Assembly: GCA_043753995.1 (NCBI GenBank)
Contig: JAYUVP010000099.1
Span: 1-27,681 of the forward strand
DNA: 27,681 nucleotides
From: Fibrobacterota bacterium
GTDB lineage: Bacteria > Fibrobacterota > Fibrobacteria > UBA11236
Direction of reading: 5' to 3'
This document shows positions 1 to 9,363 of this stretch, piece after piece; the stretch's first letter is position 1; every line of letters begins with the position of its first letter. Made by a program: the position numbers and the translations under genes. The notes beneath the pieces are model-generated. The model had not been told where the DNA came from, did not search any database, and saw only the letters and a list, made by a program, of their open reading frames with translations.

Positions 1-1
1 A

Positions 2-77
2 TGGCTCCGCCTCCCCCGGCCTCGGCCCGCCTTGCTCCGGCGCTCGGTCGGCCTCGCCCTCCCCTCCGGCGAGGAGG
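2..77. repeat. Dispersed GC-rich intergenic repeat, copy 1 (REP/MITE-like)
   Basis: Ungapped match of 64/76 nt (counted by hand) to 26921..26996, same orientation. It may extend beyond the window start. Confidence 0.85.
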
Positions 78-103
78 TGAGAGGCCTGATTTTCCGCGAG
101 GCT

Positions 104-2176
104 TTACTCCAAGGCCTGGAAAAGAACTTCGGCCTTAAGGAGAGCTTCGCGCCACTCGTCTTCTTCTTCAGAATCGATGACGATGGCTCCGCCGCAACCG
201 GCATGATACGTCTCCCCTTGCCGCAGCAAGGTGCGTATGGTCATGGCGAGAGTGAATGCTCCATTTTGCGAGAGCGTACCGAAAGCCCCGGAATAGTGGC
301 CTCGGGGACGCTTTTCGAGATGGCGCAGCAAATCCATGCTGCGTGACTTGGGGGCACCGGTCATGGAGCCACCGGGAAAGCAGGCCTTGATGGCGGCGGC
401 CATGCCCAGGCCTGATCGCAAGCTTCCCTGCACTTCACTGACCATTTGCCATACGCGGGGATGCGGCTCGACGGCGCGCAGCGACGTCACTTGCACGCTA
501 CTTGGGCGACACACCCGCCCCAAGTCATTCCGCACCAAATCGACTATCATCAGGTTTTCCGCCAAGTCTTTGGGACTCGTGGCGAGATCGCCACGAAGAG
601 CCTGATCGGTTGCTGGGTCGGTGCCACGACGGCGCGTTCCCTTGATGGGCCGGCTTCGCAGTTGCCCATCCGAGTTTCCGGAAAGAAAAAGTTCGGGAGA
701 AGAAGAAAGCAGAGCCGACTCGCCTCTTCTCCAAAAAGCGGCAAAAGGCGCGGGATTGAGGCGGCGCAAGCGGCCATAAGCGGTCTGCGCATGCATGGTA
801 CTTCGTCGCGATGCGGTGAGGGTGAGGCAGGCTTCATAGGTGTCGCCGGCGCGAAGGGCTGCCTGCAAGGAATGAAAGGCCTCACCGTATAGGTCGCGAC
901 TCAGGCTGAATTTCCATTCCGCAAGCGAAGGGGGAAACGGCACCGCTACGGGGCTGGCTCCGGCGGGCTCGCCTGCCAAGGCGATTTCGGCTTTCTCAAA
1001 CCAGGTTTGCGCAGCTTTGCGATCACCATAATAGACGGCCTGCCAACCTTGACCATCGGGGTTCAGGGTCCATTCGATTTGCGGAATCAGGAATTCGCCG
1101 ATCACGGTATCGGCGTCGAGGACCCAGGAGGCTGAGGCGTCTTGGCAAATCGCTCCCAATTCATAAGCGAAATAGCCTATCCAATCCGGGGCATTGGCGG
1201 CGTCCTCACGCCGCCAAGCTTCCAGGGTTTCCAAGGGCGGACAGGTGAAATGCTTGGCTTGGGTATCCGCCTGGCTATGCCAAGAAAGCCCATCGGCGCG
1301 CATTTCTATCCAAGCTTCGGCGCAACCCAGGCTTGTTTTCGCCCAACCTACCGGCGCGCCTTCGCCGCCCGAGCTTGGCGCGGGATCCAGCCAAAAAGTA
1401 TTGGGATGATGGGAAAACAAGGTCGCGAAAACGTGCTCCGGGGCATAGCCGGCAAAACCACGGGCATGACGCTCGCGTGGATGCTCCGGGCAAGGAGGTA
1501 TTTCAGGCGTTACGGTATTGTCCAGGTGACCTAGCTGTTTTTTCGCGGCCCGCCCGGGTGCATGCGCGGGGGCGACCGGCTTGCCGGTCGAGGCCTGGGC
1601 TAAGTCCAGGAAATTGCGCGCCAGGGCCCGGCCTTCCGAGGTGCCTATGCTTTCGGGATGAAATTGCAGGCCATGCCAAGGCCGGTCGTGGAAGGCCAAA
1701 GCCATGACGGCCTGGTCTTCCTCGGCATGCGCCGTGATTTGAAAGCGACTGGGCGCAGCTTCGGACGAAACGATAAGAGAGTGATAGCGCACCGCTGCGA
1801 ACCCCTGGGGCAATCCGGCGAAGAGTCCCGTGCCTTGGTGGCGAATGCAACTACTTCGGCCATGCCAGGGCCGGGGCAAAGCCTCAATGCGGCCGCCCGC
1901 AGCCAGGGCCATGCCTTGGTGGCCAAGGCAGACACCGAGCATGGGCCGGCTGGGATGCGATTTCAAAAAGCTTAACGTGGCGCCGAAATCTTCAGGCTTG
2001 GCGGGATGCCCCGGCCCGGGAGAAAGAATGGCCGCATCCCAATCCGCAGAGGGGAGGGCAAGTAAGGCTTCCGATTCCGCCGGCAATAAAAGCGGCTCCT
2101 CGCCGCTGGCTTCCCAAAACAATTGCTTGAGCAGATCGCTGTAGGAGTCGCGGTGGTCGATGAGAAGCAGGCGCAT
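104..2176 (-). CDS. pabAB: Fused aminodeoxychorismate synthase (glutamine amidotransferase + chorismate-binding domain)
   Basis: N-terminal GATase motifs SPGPGHP, GVCLGHQ, RYHSL and QFHPES. C-terminal chorismate-binding motifs SSPELFL, RPIKGT, AENLMIVDLVRNDL and FPGGSMTGAPK. The PIKGT and GDTYEACLT motifs favour PabB over TrpE. Confidence 0.88.
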   Translation of the reverse strand: MRLLLIDHRDSYSDLLKQLFWEASGEEPLLLPAESEALLALPSADWDAAILSPGPGHPAKPEDFGATLSFLKSHPSRPMLGVCLGHQGMALAAGGRIEALPRPWHGRSSCIRHQGTGLFAGLPQGFAAVRYHSLIVSSEAAPSRFQITAHAEEDQAVMALAFHDRPWHGLQFHPESIGTSEGRALARNFLDLAQASTGKPVAPAHAPGRAAKKQLGHLDNTVTPEIPPCPEHPRERHARGFAGYAPEHVFATLFSHHPNTFWLDPAPSSGGEGAPVGWAKTSLGCAEAWIEMRADGLSWHSQADTQAKHFTCPPLETLEAWRREDAANAPDWIGYFAYELGAICQDASASWVLDADTVIGEFLIPQIEWTLNPDGQGWQAVYYGDRKAAQTWFEKAEIALAGEPAGASPVAVPFPPSLAEWKFSLSRDLYGEAFHSLQAALRAGDTYEACLTLTASRRSTMHAQTAYGRLRRLNPAPFAAFWRRGESALLSSSPELFLSGNSDGQLRSRPIKGTRRRGTDPATDQALRGDLATSPKDLAENLMIVDLVRNDLGRVCRPSSVQVTSLRAVEPHPRVWQMVSEVQGSLRSGLGMAAAIKACFPGGSMTGAPKSRSMDLLRHLEKRPRGHYSGAFGTLSQNGAFTLAMTIRTLLRQGETYHAGCGGAIVIDSEEEDEWREALLKAEVLFQALE

Positions 2177-2247
2177 GCTTTAGGGGGTTAAGAGGCAGGG
2201 GTGAAGTTGTTTTTAGTCTTGTCCTCGCAAAGTTACCTCGTGAGCCC

Positions 2248-3099
2248 ATGTATTTTGCAGTGTCTATGTCCTCTTTGATTTTGGTTTTAGGGTTGCTCTT
2301 GCCTGCGGGCCTCGTGGTTGCGAAATCGAGTGCTATCGATTTGCCGGAAAGCGGCGGCAAGGCCGTGGTGCAATTGAAAGCCGAACGCGAGGCGGTTTTG
2401 CTATTGGGCGGAGTGCTGGCGCAGGTTAGCGGAGCTTGGCGCTTTCATGAAATGCCCGCCAATGATCCCCAGGCTTGGCATCGCGAAGATTTATGGCCGG
2501 TCGATCGCTGGGCCGCCGGGCTTTATTCGCCCCTGGCTTCGGATATTTCCGATGTGGCGGTCCTTCCCGTCGTCCTCGCCTTACCCATGATGGATGCCTT
2601 CATGGCTTTGGGCGGCGAGGCGAAGTGGGGACCGGTCTTTGCCGATGGGCTTGTGCTTGCGGAAGCCTTGGTTTGGGCCTCGGCCTTGAATTTGGCGGTG
2701 CGCTCCCTGCGTTGGCATCCGCGGCCGCTGATGTTTTCCGAAGACGCGCCCATGGAGACGCGCACCGCGCCTGAAGTGGGCGGAAGTTTTTATTCAGGAC
2801 ATGCTAATGCGGCTTTCGTGGGCGCGGCTTTATTTGGGGCCATTTTTCCCCGGCGATTTCCGGAATGGAATCCCGCTTGGGTATGGGGCGGCGGATTAGC
2901 TGCCGCTTCCGGTGTGGCGGTTCTGCGCGTGACGGCGGGCAAGCACTATCCCACCGACGTCGTGGTCGGCGCTGCAGCGGGAACCCTGTTCGGATTGCTT
3001 TTTGCCCATATCCACAAGGGTAACGAACGGGTGACCCCAGGCGCGGGGCGCATCGAGCCCACCATTCCCACGGGACTGAAATGGACCGTGACTTTTTGA
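2248..3099 (+). CDS. PAP2-family phosphatase, membrane-associated
   Basis: PAP2 motifs RWHPRP, SFYSGH and RVTAGKHYPTDV, plus hydrophobic segments and an N-terminal signal or TM segment. Confidence 0.85.
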   Translation: MYFAVSMSSLILVLGLLLPAGLVVAKSSAIDLPESGGKAVVQLKAEREAVLLLGGVLAQVSGAWRFHEMPANDPQAWHREDLWPVDRWAAGLYSPLASDISDVAVLPVVLALPMMDAFMALGGEAKWGPVFADGLVLAEALVWASALNLAVRSLRWHPRPLMFSEDAPMETRTAPEVGGSFYSGHANAAFVGAALFGAIFPRRFPEWNPAWVWGGGLAAASGVAVLRVTAGKHYPTDVVVGAAAGTLFGLLFAHIHKGNERVTPGAGRIEPTIPTGLKWTVTF

Positions 3100-3114
3100 G
3101 ACCTGAAATCGGCT

Positions 3115-5841
3115 TTAAGTGCCTGGTTTATTGGAGCCCATTTCGCGAATCCAGCGCGAAGCGTCTTCGGGCATGAGAGGCTTGGAAAAGAAATAGCCTT
3201 GGCCGAAAGGCGTTTCCAGGTGTCTCAGGCGATCCCATTGTTCTTGCGTTTCGACGCCTTCGGCGGTGACATCCATGCCGAGATTTTTGGCCATGGCATT
3301 GATGGCTTTCACGATTTCGTCATTCTTCACGTCTTGTTCCAGCTTCATCACGAAGCTGCGATCGATTTTCAAGTTGTGAAATGGAAAGCGATGCAGGTAA
3401 GAAAGCGAACTGTATCCCGTGCCGAAATCGTCCAGGCTAAGTTGAAACCCCTTGGCTTGTAAATCCTTGAGCATGGTGGTGGCGACATCGGGATTGCGAA
3501 TGATGGCGCTTTCGGTGACTTCCAGCTTTAGGTTTTCCGGGCGTATGCCCGCGTCCAGGCAAATGCGCTCGATTTCCACGGCCAAAACCAAGCCTTCGAA
3601 TTGTCGCCCGGAAATATTGACGCTCATGCTCAATTGCTTGTCGTCCTTCAATAGGACTTGCCATTCGCGTAATTGCCGGCAGGCTTCTTCCAGTACCCAG
3701 CGGCCGAGGGGAATGATAAAGCCCGTTTCTTCGGCAATGGGAATGAATTCCATGGGTGGAACCACACCCCGCTCGGGATGCCGCCAGCGCACCAAGGCTT
3801 CGAAGCCGGTCAACTGTCCATTGATGAGTTCGACGATGGGCTGATAGACAAGGAAGAATTCCCTACGCTCCAGGGCTTTGCGCAAATCATTTTCGAGATG
3901 CAGGCGATGCACGGCGCGCGTATGCATGGAAGGATCGAAAACCGAGTGCCGGGCGCGACCTTCGTTTTTGGCCTGATGCATGGCGGTGTCGGCATCGCGA
4001 ATCACTTCATCGGGGGTGCCGAGATCGGGAGTCGCTTGCACGATGCCAATGCTGACCGAAGCATAGACTTCGGAGGTTTGAATTTTGAAAGGCACTTCGA
4101 ACTGGCCTTGGATGGCCTCAGCGAGGGTGATGGCGGCATTGACATCAGGGATGTCTTCCAGCAATATCCCGAATTCATCCCCTCCCAATCGCGCCAAGGT
4201 GGCGCCGGGAGGCAAAAGCGTTTCGATTCTTTGGGTGACGGAAAGCAAAAGTTTGTCGCCTTGCGCATGGCCCATGCCGTCATTCAAGGTCTTGAAGCGG
4301 TCGAGGTCGAGAAGCAATAGGCAGGAGCCAGGCGAGGTCTGCCGCCTTTTGCGGTCGAGGGCGCGATCGAGGCGTTCCAGTAGCAAGGTGCGATTGGGTA
4401 GGCCGGTTAGCGCATCATGCAAGGCATCATGCACCAATTGCGCTTCCATTTGCTTGCGATGGGAAATATCGATGATAGAACCTTCAAGTCCCAGCCCCTT
4501 ACCTTTGCTGTCTTGAACGGAGCGGGCATTGAGGGAAAGCCAAATCAGGGATCCGTCGCGTCGGCTCGCTTGCCCCTCGAAATTCATCACCTTGCCATCA
4601 CGCTCCATAAGACGCAAAATGTCTTGGCGACGGATGGGGTCGATGAAAAATTCGGCCGCATTGCGGCCTTCCTCCATCATGGCCTTGGGCGAATCGAAGC
4701 CGAAGGTGATGGCCAAGGCTGGATTCACGGTGATGATATTTCCCGAAATCGTCGATTGGAAAATACCTTCGACCGCATTTTCAAAAAGACTGCGATAGCG
4801 TTCGCTGACGGCATGAAAGGCTTGATCGGTGCGTTTGCGTTCGAGCGTATTAATCAGCAATTCGCCGGCTATCCGCAATAGGGCAATGACGTCTTCCGGC
4901 CAGTTTTTTTCGCGCCGAACGGCATCAAAGCCAAGAAAGCCGCGCACGCTACCGCGATGCTCCAGGGGGACGATGATGAGGCTTTGGATTTCTTCGCGTA
5001 ACCATTCCTGTTTTTCCGCTAAGGCCGCCAAGGGGATTTGATCGACCTTGGGCACATGGATGACCTTCATGGCATGCAATTGTTCCATGAACCACGGAAA
5101 TTTCGCAGTCGGCACGGCTTGCAGGTTCTGAATTTCCGAGGTAATGCCCTCGGAGCACCACTCGTGCGTATTGGACATGGATGTGGCGTCGGGGGTCAAT
5201 TGAAAGATATAGCTGCGATCCGCGTCGGCGAAGGCACCGAGTGATTTCAAGGCGTAGTTAATGCCATTGTCGACCTTGTCGCCTTGAAGATTCAGGAAAT
5301 GTGTCGAAAGGGAAAGGATCAAGGATTCGATTCGCTTGCGATAATCTAGGGATTTTTCAACCTTTATGGATCTCGTGACGTCTTGCAGAATGGCAATGCC
5401 ATTATCTGGGTAGCTCGGTACCACGCCACCGTATTGCAATTCAAGGTTGACTTCGTTTTCACTGCCGGAATGCAATTGCAGGCTGAAAGGTTTTTTCTTC
5501 GCTTCGCATTCGGCAAGGTTTACTTTCCACTCTTTCAGGCTGAATCCTGCTAAATCGCAGAGTGGAATGCCGATAGGATTCGCCAAAGGCAAAGCCAATA
5601 GGCTTTCCGATGCGGCATTGAGATAAAGAAGCTTTGAGCTATGGTTTTCAAAGACGATGACGGGATAAGCGGCAAGCCCAAACCAAGTATGCAACAAGTC
5701 GGAAAGCGCTCCGCAAGGCTTGTCCGAGGAAACCGCCGGCTTGGCCGACCAGTCTTTGGGAAAAGACGGGTTAGCCTGAGACTCGGTCCGTCTGGACTTA
5801 GGAGCTTTTCCTGAGTTTGGGCTTCCGGTTTTGCGGATCAC
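3115..5841 (-). CDS. PAS/GAF/PAS-GGDEF-EAL c-di-GMP turnover protein
   Basis: GAF-like segment (ADRSYIF...THEWC...SLIIVPL...GFLGFD), PAS (RYRSLFENAVEGIF...DISHRKQME), HDALTGLPNR, RLGGDEF, FEALVRW, DDFGTGYSS and AEGVET. GTG start with a GGAGAG-rich RBS. Confidence 0.95.
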   Translation of the reverse strand: MIRKTGSPNSGKAPKSRRTESQANPSFPKDWSAKPAVSSDKPCGALSDLLHTWFGLAAYPVIVFENHSSKLLYLNAASESLLALPLANPIGIPLCDLAGFSLKEWKVNLAECEAKKKPFSLQLHSGSENEVNLELQYGGVVPSYPDNGIAILQDVTRSIKVEKSLDYRKRIESLILSLSTHFLNLQGDKVDNGINYALKSLGAFADADRSYIFQLTPDATSMSNTHEWCSEGITSEIQNLQAVPTAKFPWFMEQLHAMKVIHVPKVDQIPLAALAEKQEWLREEIQSLIIVPLEHRGSVRGFLGFDAVRREKNWPEDVIALLRIAGELLINTLERKRTDQAFHAVSERYRSLFENAVEGIFQSTISGNIITVNPALAITFGFDSPKAMMEEGRNAAEFFIDPIRRQDILRLMERDGKVMNFEGQASRRDGSLIWLSLNARSVQDSKGKGLGLEGSIIDISHRKQMEAQLVHDALHDALTGLPNRTLLLERLDRALDRKRRQTSPGSCLLLLDLDRFKTLNDGMGHAQGDKLLLSVTQRIETLLPPGATLARLGGDEFGILLEDIPDVNAAITLAEAIQGQFEVPFKIQTSEVYASVSIGIVQATPDLGTPDEVIRDADTAMHQAKNEGRARHSVFDPSMHTRAVHRLHLENDLRKALERREFFLVYQPIVELINGQLTGFEALVRWRHPERGVVPPMEFIPIAEETGFIIPLGRWVLEEACRQLREWQVLLKDDKQLSMSVNISGRQFEGLVLAVEIERICLDAGIRPENLKLEVTESAIIRNPDVATTMLKDLQAKGFQLSLDDFGTGYSSLSYLHRFPFHNLKIDRSFVMKLEQDVKNDEIVKAINAMAKNLGMDVTAEGVETQEQWDRLRHLETPFGQGYFFSKPLMPEDASRWIREMGSNKPGT

Positions 5842-5948
5842 TTACCCTCTCTCCGGCAGGTTAGAATACCGATGTCGCCCATGGAAGCATGGACCGACCC
5901 ACCTTCACTTTAGGTCCTGGCGAATAACGAGGACAAGGCTATCACAAA

Positions 5949-5979
5949 TAAAAAAGGCCCGGATAAGCCGGGCCTTTTT
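5949..5979 (-). terminator. Intrinsic terminator downstream of flagellin 6001..6855 (possibly bidirectional)
   Basis: AAAAAGGCCCGG-ataag-CCGGGCCTTTTT hairpin flanked by A/T runs. Confidence 0.85.
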
Positions 5980-6000
5980 GAGTTGATTTGGATTTTAGGG

Positions 6001-6855
6001 TTAACCGCCGATGAGGGACAGCACGCTTTGCGGAACCTGGTTGGCTTGCGACAACATGGATGTGGCGCTTTGCGACAGGATTTGCGAGCGGGTGAATTCG
6101 GTCGTTTCCGATGCGAAGTCCACGTCGCGAATGCGGCTCTCGGCATCCTGGGTATTGTAAATCTGATTATTCAAATTGCTGATGGCGAATTCAAGGCGGT
6201 TCACATAAGCACCCATGTCGGAACGCATGGTATTCACCGACTTGATGGCGACATCAATGACGGACAGCGCGCTGAGTGCGGCGGAATTGGTGGACACCGA
6301 GGTGGTTCCCGTCTGCATGCCCAAGGCGCCGAGCGTCATGGCATTGATGGTCACACTGATGCGATCGACTGAGGCATTGCTGCCCGCGCCGATATGCAGC
6401 ACCGAAGAAGAACCGCCAGCAACGCCAAAGCTTCCATCCGCTCCGTCGAGCAGGGTCATGCCATTGTAACTGGCCGAGCTACTGATACGCGTGATTTCAT
6501 TCATCAAAGCGCCGAATTCCTTGTCGGTATAGGAGCGCTCCGTAGTGGTCATGGTGTCGGTGGCGCTCTGAATGGCCAACTCGCGCATACGCTGAAGAAT
6601 TTGGGTGATTTCTCCAGTGGCACCTTCGGCGATTTGAATCAGGGCGATACCATCTTCGGCATTCATCTTGGCGCGGCCCATGCCACGGATTTTGCTACGA
6701 AGCGACTCGGAAACCGAGAGGCCGGCAGCATCGTCCGAGGCGCGGTTGATGCGCAAGCCTGTCGACAGTTTCTCCAGGGATTTGGAAAGGGCTTTGTTTT
6801 GGGTTCCTAGCGAACCCTGCCCGATCATGGCTGAAATATTGTGATTAATACGCAT
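6001..6855 (-). CDS. fliC: Flagellin, short 284 aa (copy D)
   Basis: MRINHN start, LEKLSTGLRINRASDDAAGL, LQRMRELAIQS, and C-terminal ESRIRDVDFA...SMLSQANQVPQSVLSL. Confidence 0.97.
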   Translation of the reverse strand: MRINHNISAMIGQGSLGTQNKALSKSLEKLSTGLRINRASDDAAGLSVSESLRSKIRGMGRAKMNAEDGIALIQIAEGATGEITQILQRMRELAIQSATDTMTTTERSYTDKEFGALMNEITRISSSASYNGMTLLDGADGSFGVAGGSSSVLHIGAGSNASVDRISVTINAMTLGALGMQTGTTSVSTNSAALSALSVIDVAIKSVNTMRSDMGAYVNRLEFAISNLNNQIYNTQDAESRIRDVDFASETTEFTRSQILSQSATSMLSQANQVPQSVLSLIGG

Positions 6856-6861
6856 GGGAAA

Positions 6862-6898
6862 AAACCTCCGTGTTTACACGCACCCTGGCGTCCTTGCC
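6862..6898 (-). promoter_or_regulatory. Two GGA-loop hairpins (CsrA/RsmA-type sites); the second overlaps the RBS
   Basis: Minus strand reads GGCAAGGACGCC (6887-6898) and AAACACGGAGGTTT (6862-6875). Confidence 0.75.
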
Positions 6899-6926
6899 GA
6901 GGTGTCCGGGTTACCGGTACCGAAAT

Positions 6927-6954
6927 TCATCGGAAGCTTGAAAGCGATTCTTTA
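6927..6954 (-). promoter_or_regulatory. Sigma-28 (FliA)-like promoter
   Basis: Minus strand TAAA-N16-TCCGATGA, against consensus TAAA-N15/16-GCCGATAA. Confidence 0.75.
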
Positions 6955-7064
6955 GGATTTTTTAAAACTTTCGCCGCAACTCGCACATGAGGAATTTGAG
7001 AAGGTTTTGCTTGAAGCCTTGGCTTCCCATCCTGTAATGGGTGCAACTTGGGGGGAGCACCAAC

Positions 7065-7095
7065 AAAAAAAAGCCGGACCCGAAGGTCCGGCTTT
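7065..7095 (-). terminator. Intrinsic terminator downstream of flagellin 7146..7997
   Basis: AAAGCCGGACC-cgaa-GGTCCGGCTTT, followed by a T run on the minus strand. Confidence 0.85.
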
Positions 7096-7145
7096 GGAAG
7101 GATGCGAAAAGGCCCGCGGCCAAGAAACCGCGACGAGCTTTAGGC

Positions 7146-7997
7146 TTAGCTGAGCAAGGAAAGCACGCTTTGCGGCACTTGATTGGCTTGCGCCAACATC
7201 GATGTCGCACTCTGGGAGAGAATCTGAGAACGCGTGAACTCGGTGGTTTCCGAGGCGAAATCCACGTCGCGAATGCGGCTTTCGGCGTCCTGAGTGTTGT
7301 AGATCTGATTGTTCAAATTGCTGATGGCGAATTCGAGGCGGTTCACGTAGGCACCCATGTCGGAGCGCATGGTATTCACCGACTTAATGGCCGTGTCGAT
7401 GACCGACAAGGCCGACAAGGCTCCAGAGCTGGTAGACACCGAAGTGGTTCCCGTCTGCATGCCCAAGGCGCCCAGAGTCATGGCATTGATGGTCACGCTG
7501 ATGCGATCGACGGTGGCATTGCTGCCCGCGCCGATATGCAAAACCGAGGCCGCTCCGCCTGAAGCTCCGAAACTGCTTGCCTCGCCGTCCAGCAAGGTCA
7601 TGCCATTGTAGCTGGCCGAATTGCTGATGCGAGTGATTTCATTCATCAGCGACCCGAACTCCTTGTCCGTGTAAGACCGTTCGGTGGTGGTCATGGTGTC
7701 GGTGGAACTTTGAATGGCCAGTTCGCGCATGCGCTGCAAGATGTTATTGATCTCCGAAGTGGCACCTTCGGCGATTTGAATGAGCGCAATGCCGTCCTCG
7801 GCATTCATCTTGGCGCGGCCCATGCCGCGGATTTTGCTGCGCAGCGACTCGGAAACCGAGAGGCCGGCGGCATCGTCCGAAGCGCGGTTGATGCGCAACC
7901 CGGTCGAAAGCTTCTCAAGGGACTTGGACAGGGATTTCTGCTGGGTGGCCAGCGATCCTTGTCCAATCATGGATGAAATGTTGTGATTAATACGCAT
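7146..7997 (-). CDS. fliC: Flagellin, short 283 aa (copy C)
   Basis: Same flagellin N- and C-terminal signatures. Near-identical to its neighbours. Confidence 0.97.
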   Translation of the reverse strand: MRINHNISSMIGQGSLATQQKSLSKSLEKLSTGLRINRASDDAAGLSVSESLRSKIRGMGRAKMNAEDGIALIQIAEGATSEINNILQRMRELAIQSSTDTMTTTERSYTDKEFGSLMNEITRISNSASYNGMTLLDGEASSFGASGGAASVLHIGAGSNATVDRISVTINAMTLGALGMQTGTTSVSTSSGALSALSVIDTAIKSVNTMRSDMGAYVNRLEFAISNLNNQIYNTQDAESRIRDVDFASETTEFTRSQILSQSATSMLAQANQVPQSVLSLLS

Positions 7998-8005
7998 GGT
8001 TCGAA

Positions 8006-8042
8006 AACCTCCATGTTGAACACACCACGGCGTCCTTGCCGT
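8006..8042 (-). promoter_or_regulatory. Two GGA-loop hairpins (CsrA-type sites)
   Basis: Minus strand ACGGCAAGGACGCCGT (8027-8042) and AACATGGAGGTT (8006-8017, RBS). Confidence 0.75.
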
Positions 8043-8067
8043 AGTGCAGGTGTTACCCGTCTCCTGT

Positions 8068-8094
8068 ATTTCGGAGAATTCCAGGAAATGTTTA
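8068..8094 (-). promoter_or_regulatory. Sigma-28-like promoter
   Basis: Minus strand TAAA-N15-TCCGAAAT. Confidence 0.65.
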
Positions 8095-8171
8095 AGAGCT
8101 TCTTGAAGTTTACCGGTAAAGTTCGCGTCAGGTATTTGAGGAGGTTGGGAAGGATAAGCAAAGCAAAGCTC

Positions 8172-8204
8172 AAAAAAGAAAAGCCGGGCGAAATGCCCGG
8201 CTTA
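8172..8204 (-). terminator. Intrinsic terminator downstream of flagellin 8258..9112
   Basis: AAGCCGGGC-gaaat-GCCCGGCTT, followed by a T-rich tail on the minus strand. Confidence 0.8.
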
Positions 8205-8257
8205 AAGCCTGGAACAGGGCCATCCCGTTCTGGGGATGCCCGGGGCTGGCTATTTCC

Positions 8258-9112
8258 TCAACGTCCGATGAGCGACAACACGCTTTGCGGCACCTGATTG
8301 GCTTGGGCCAACATGGAGGTGGCGCTTTGCGACAGGATTTGTGAGCGCGTAAACTCGGTGGTCTCCGAAGCGAAGTCCACATCGCGAATGCGGCTCTCGG
8401 CATCCTGGGTGTTGTAGATCTGGTTGTTGAGGTTGCTGATCGCGAATTCGAGGCGGTTCACGTAAGCACCCATATCCGATCGCATGGTGTTCACAGATTT
8501 AATGGCATTATCGATGATAGAGAGTGCCGTAAGGGCTCCGGCACTGGTCGAAACCGTGGTCGTGCCCGATGTCATGCCCAGGGACCCCAGAGTCATGGCA
8601 TTGATGGTCACGCTCAGGCGATCGACCGTGGCGCTGCTGCCCGATCCGATATGCAAGACCGAGGACTGGCCGCCGCTGACGCCGAAACTGCCTTGGGCGC
8701 CGTCGAGCAAGGTCATACCGTTATAACTCGCCGAGGAACTGATGCGGGTTATTTCGTTCATGAGCTGCCCGAATTCCTTGTCGGTATAGGAGCGCTCGGT
8801 GGTGGTCATGGTGTCGGTGGCGCTTTGTATCGCAAGCTCACGCATGCGCTGCAGCACGTTATTGATTTCCGAGGTGGCGCCTTCCGCGATTTGCAAAAGG
8901 GCGATTCCGTCTTCGGCATTCATCTTGGCGCGGCCCATGCCGCGGATTTTGCTGCGCAGCGACTCGGATACCGAGAGGCCGGCGGCATCGTCCGAGGCGC
9001 GGTTGATACGCAAGCCCGTCGATAGCTTCTCCAATGACTTGGACAAGGAGCGGTTCTGCGTTTGCAGTGCCCCCTGGCCAATCATGGAAGAAATATTGTG
9101 ATTAATACGCAT
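8258..9112 (-). CDS. fliC: Flagellin, short 284 aa (copy B)
   Basis: Flagellin N- and C-terminal signatures. Confidence 0.97.
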   Translation of the reverse strand: MRINHNISSMIGQGALQTQNRSLSKSLEKLSTGLRINRASDDAAGLSVSESLRSKIRGMGRAKMNAEDGIALLQIAEGATSEINNVLQRMRELAIQSATDTMTTTERSYTDKEFGQLMNEITRISSSASYNGMTLLDGAQGSFGVSGGQSSVLHIGSGSSATVDRLSVTINAMTLGSLGMTSGTTTVSTSAGALTALSIIDNAIKSVNTMRSDMGAYVNRLEFAISNLNNQIYNTQDAESRIRDVDFASETTEFTRSQILSQSATSMLAQANQVPQSVLSLIGR

Positions 9113-9117
9113 GGAAA

Positions 9118-9154
9118 GAAACCTCCGTGTTTCGCACCCTACGTCCTTGCAGGG
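9118..9154 (-). promoter_or_regulatory. Two GGA-loop hairpins (CsrA-type sites)
   Basis: Minus strand CCCTGCAAGGACGTAGGG (9137-9154) and GAAACACGGAGGTTTC (9118-9133, RBS). Confidence 0.75.
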
Positions 9155-9179
9155 CTAGACCGGACGACCCGGTACTCCT

Positions 9180-9206
9180 TTATCGGTTTCTTAAAGTGTT
9201 TCTTTA
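9180..9206 (-). promoter_or_regulatory. Sigma-28-like promoter
   Basis: Minus strand TAAA-N15-ACCGATAA, the closest match to consensus of the four. Confidence 0.8.
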
Positions 9207-9280
9207 ACTTTAGCTTTAGGGTTTGCTTCAAGTAGTTCTGCTTTTATAGGCAGTCACCCCTTCTTTTTCCAAATGGCCCC

Positions 9281-9318
9281 AAAAAGCAAAAGGCCGAAGG
9301 GTTTCCCCCTCGGCCTTG
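9281..9318 (-). terminator. Intrinsic terminator downstream of flagellin 9364..10218
   Basis: AAGGCCGAAGGG...CCCCTCGGCCTT hairpin with TTTTGCTTTTT tail on the minus strand. Confidence 0.75.
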
Positions 9319-9363
9319 CTGACGACACCGTGCCGAGCATCCCCGGCGGCGGCATCCTTTTTA

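Noticed and set aside
2219..5936. Single CGAGGACAA-like matches near 2219-2228 and 5928-5936 resembling the TIGR02147-associated motif
   Set aside because: Isolated, imperfect 8-9-mers are expected by chance in 27 kb.
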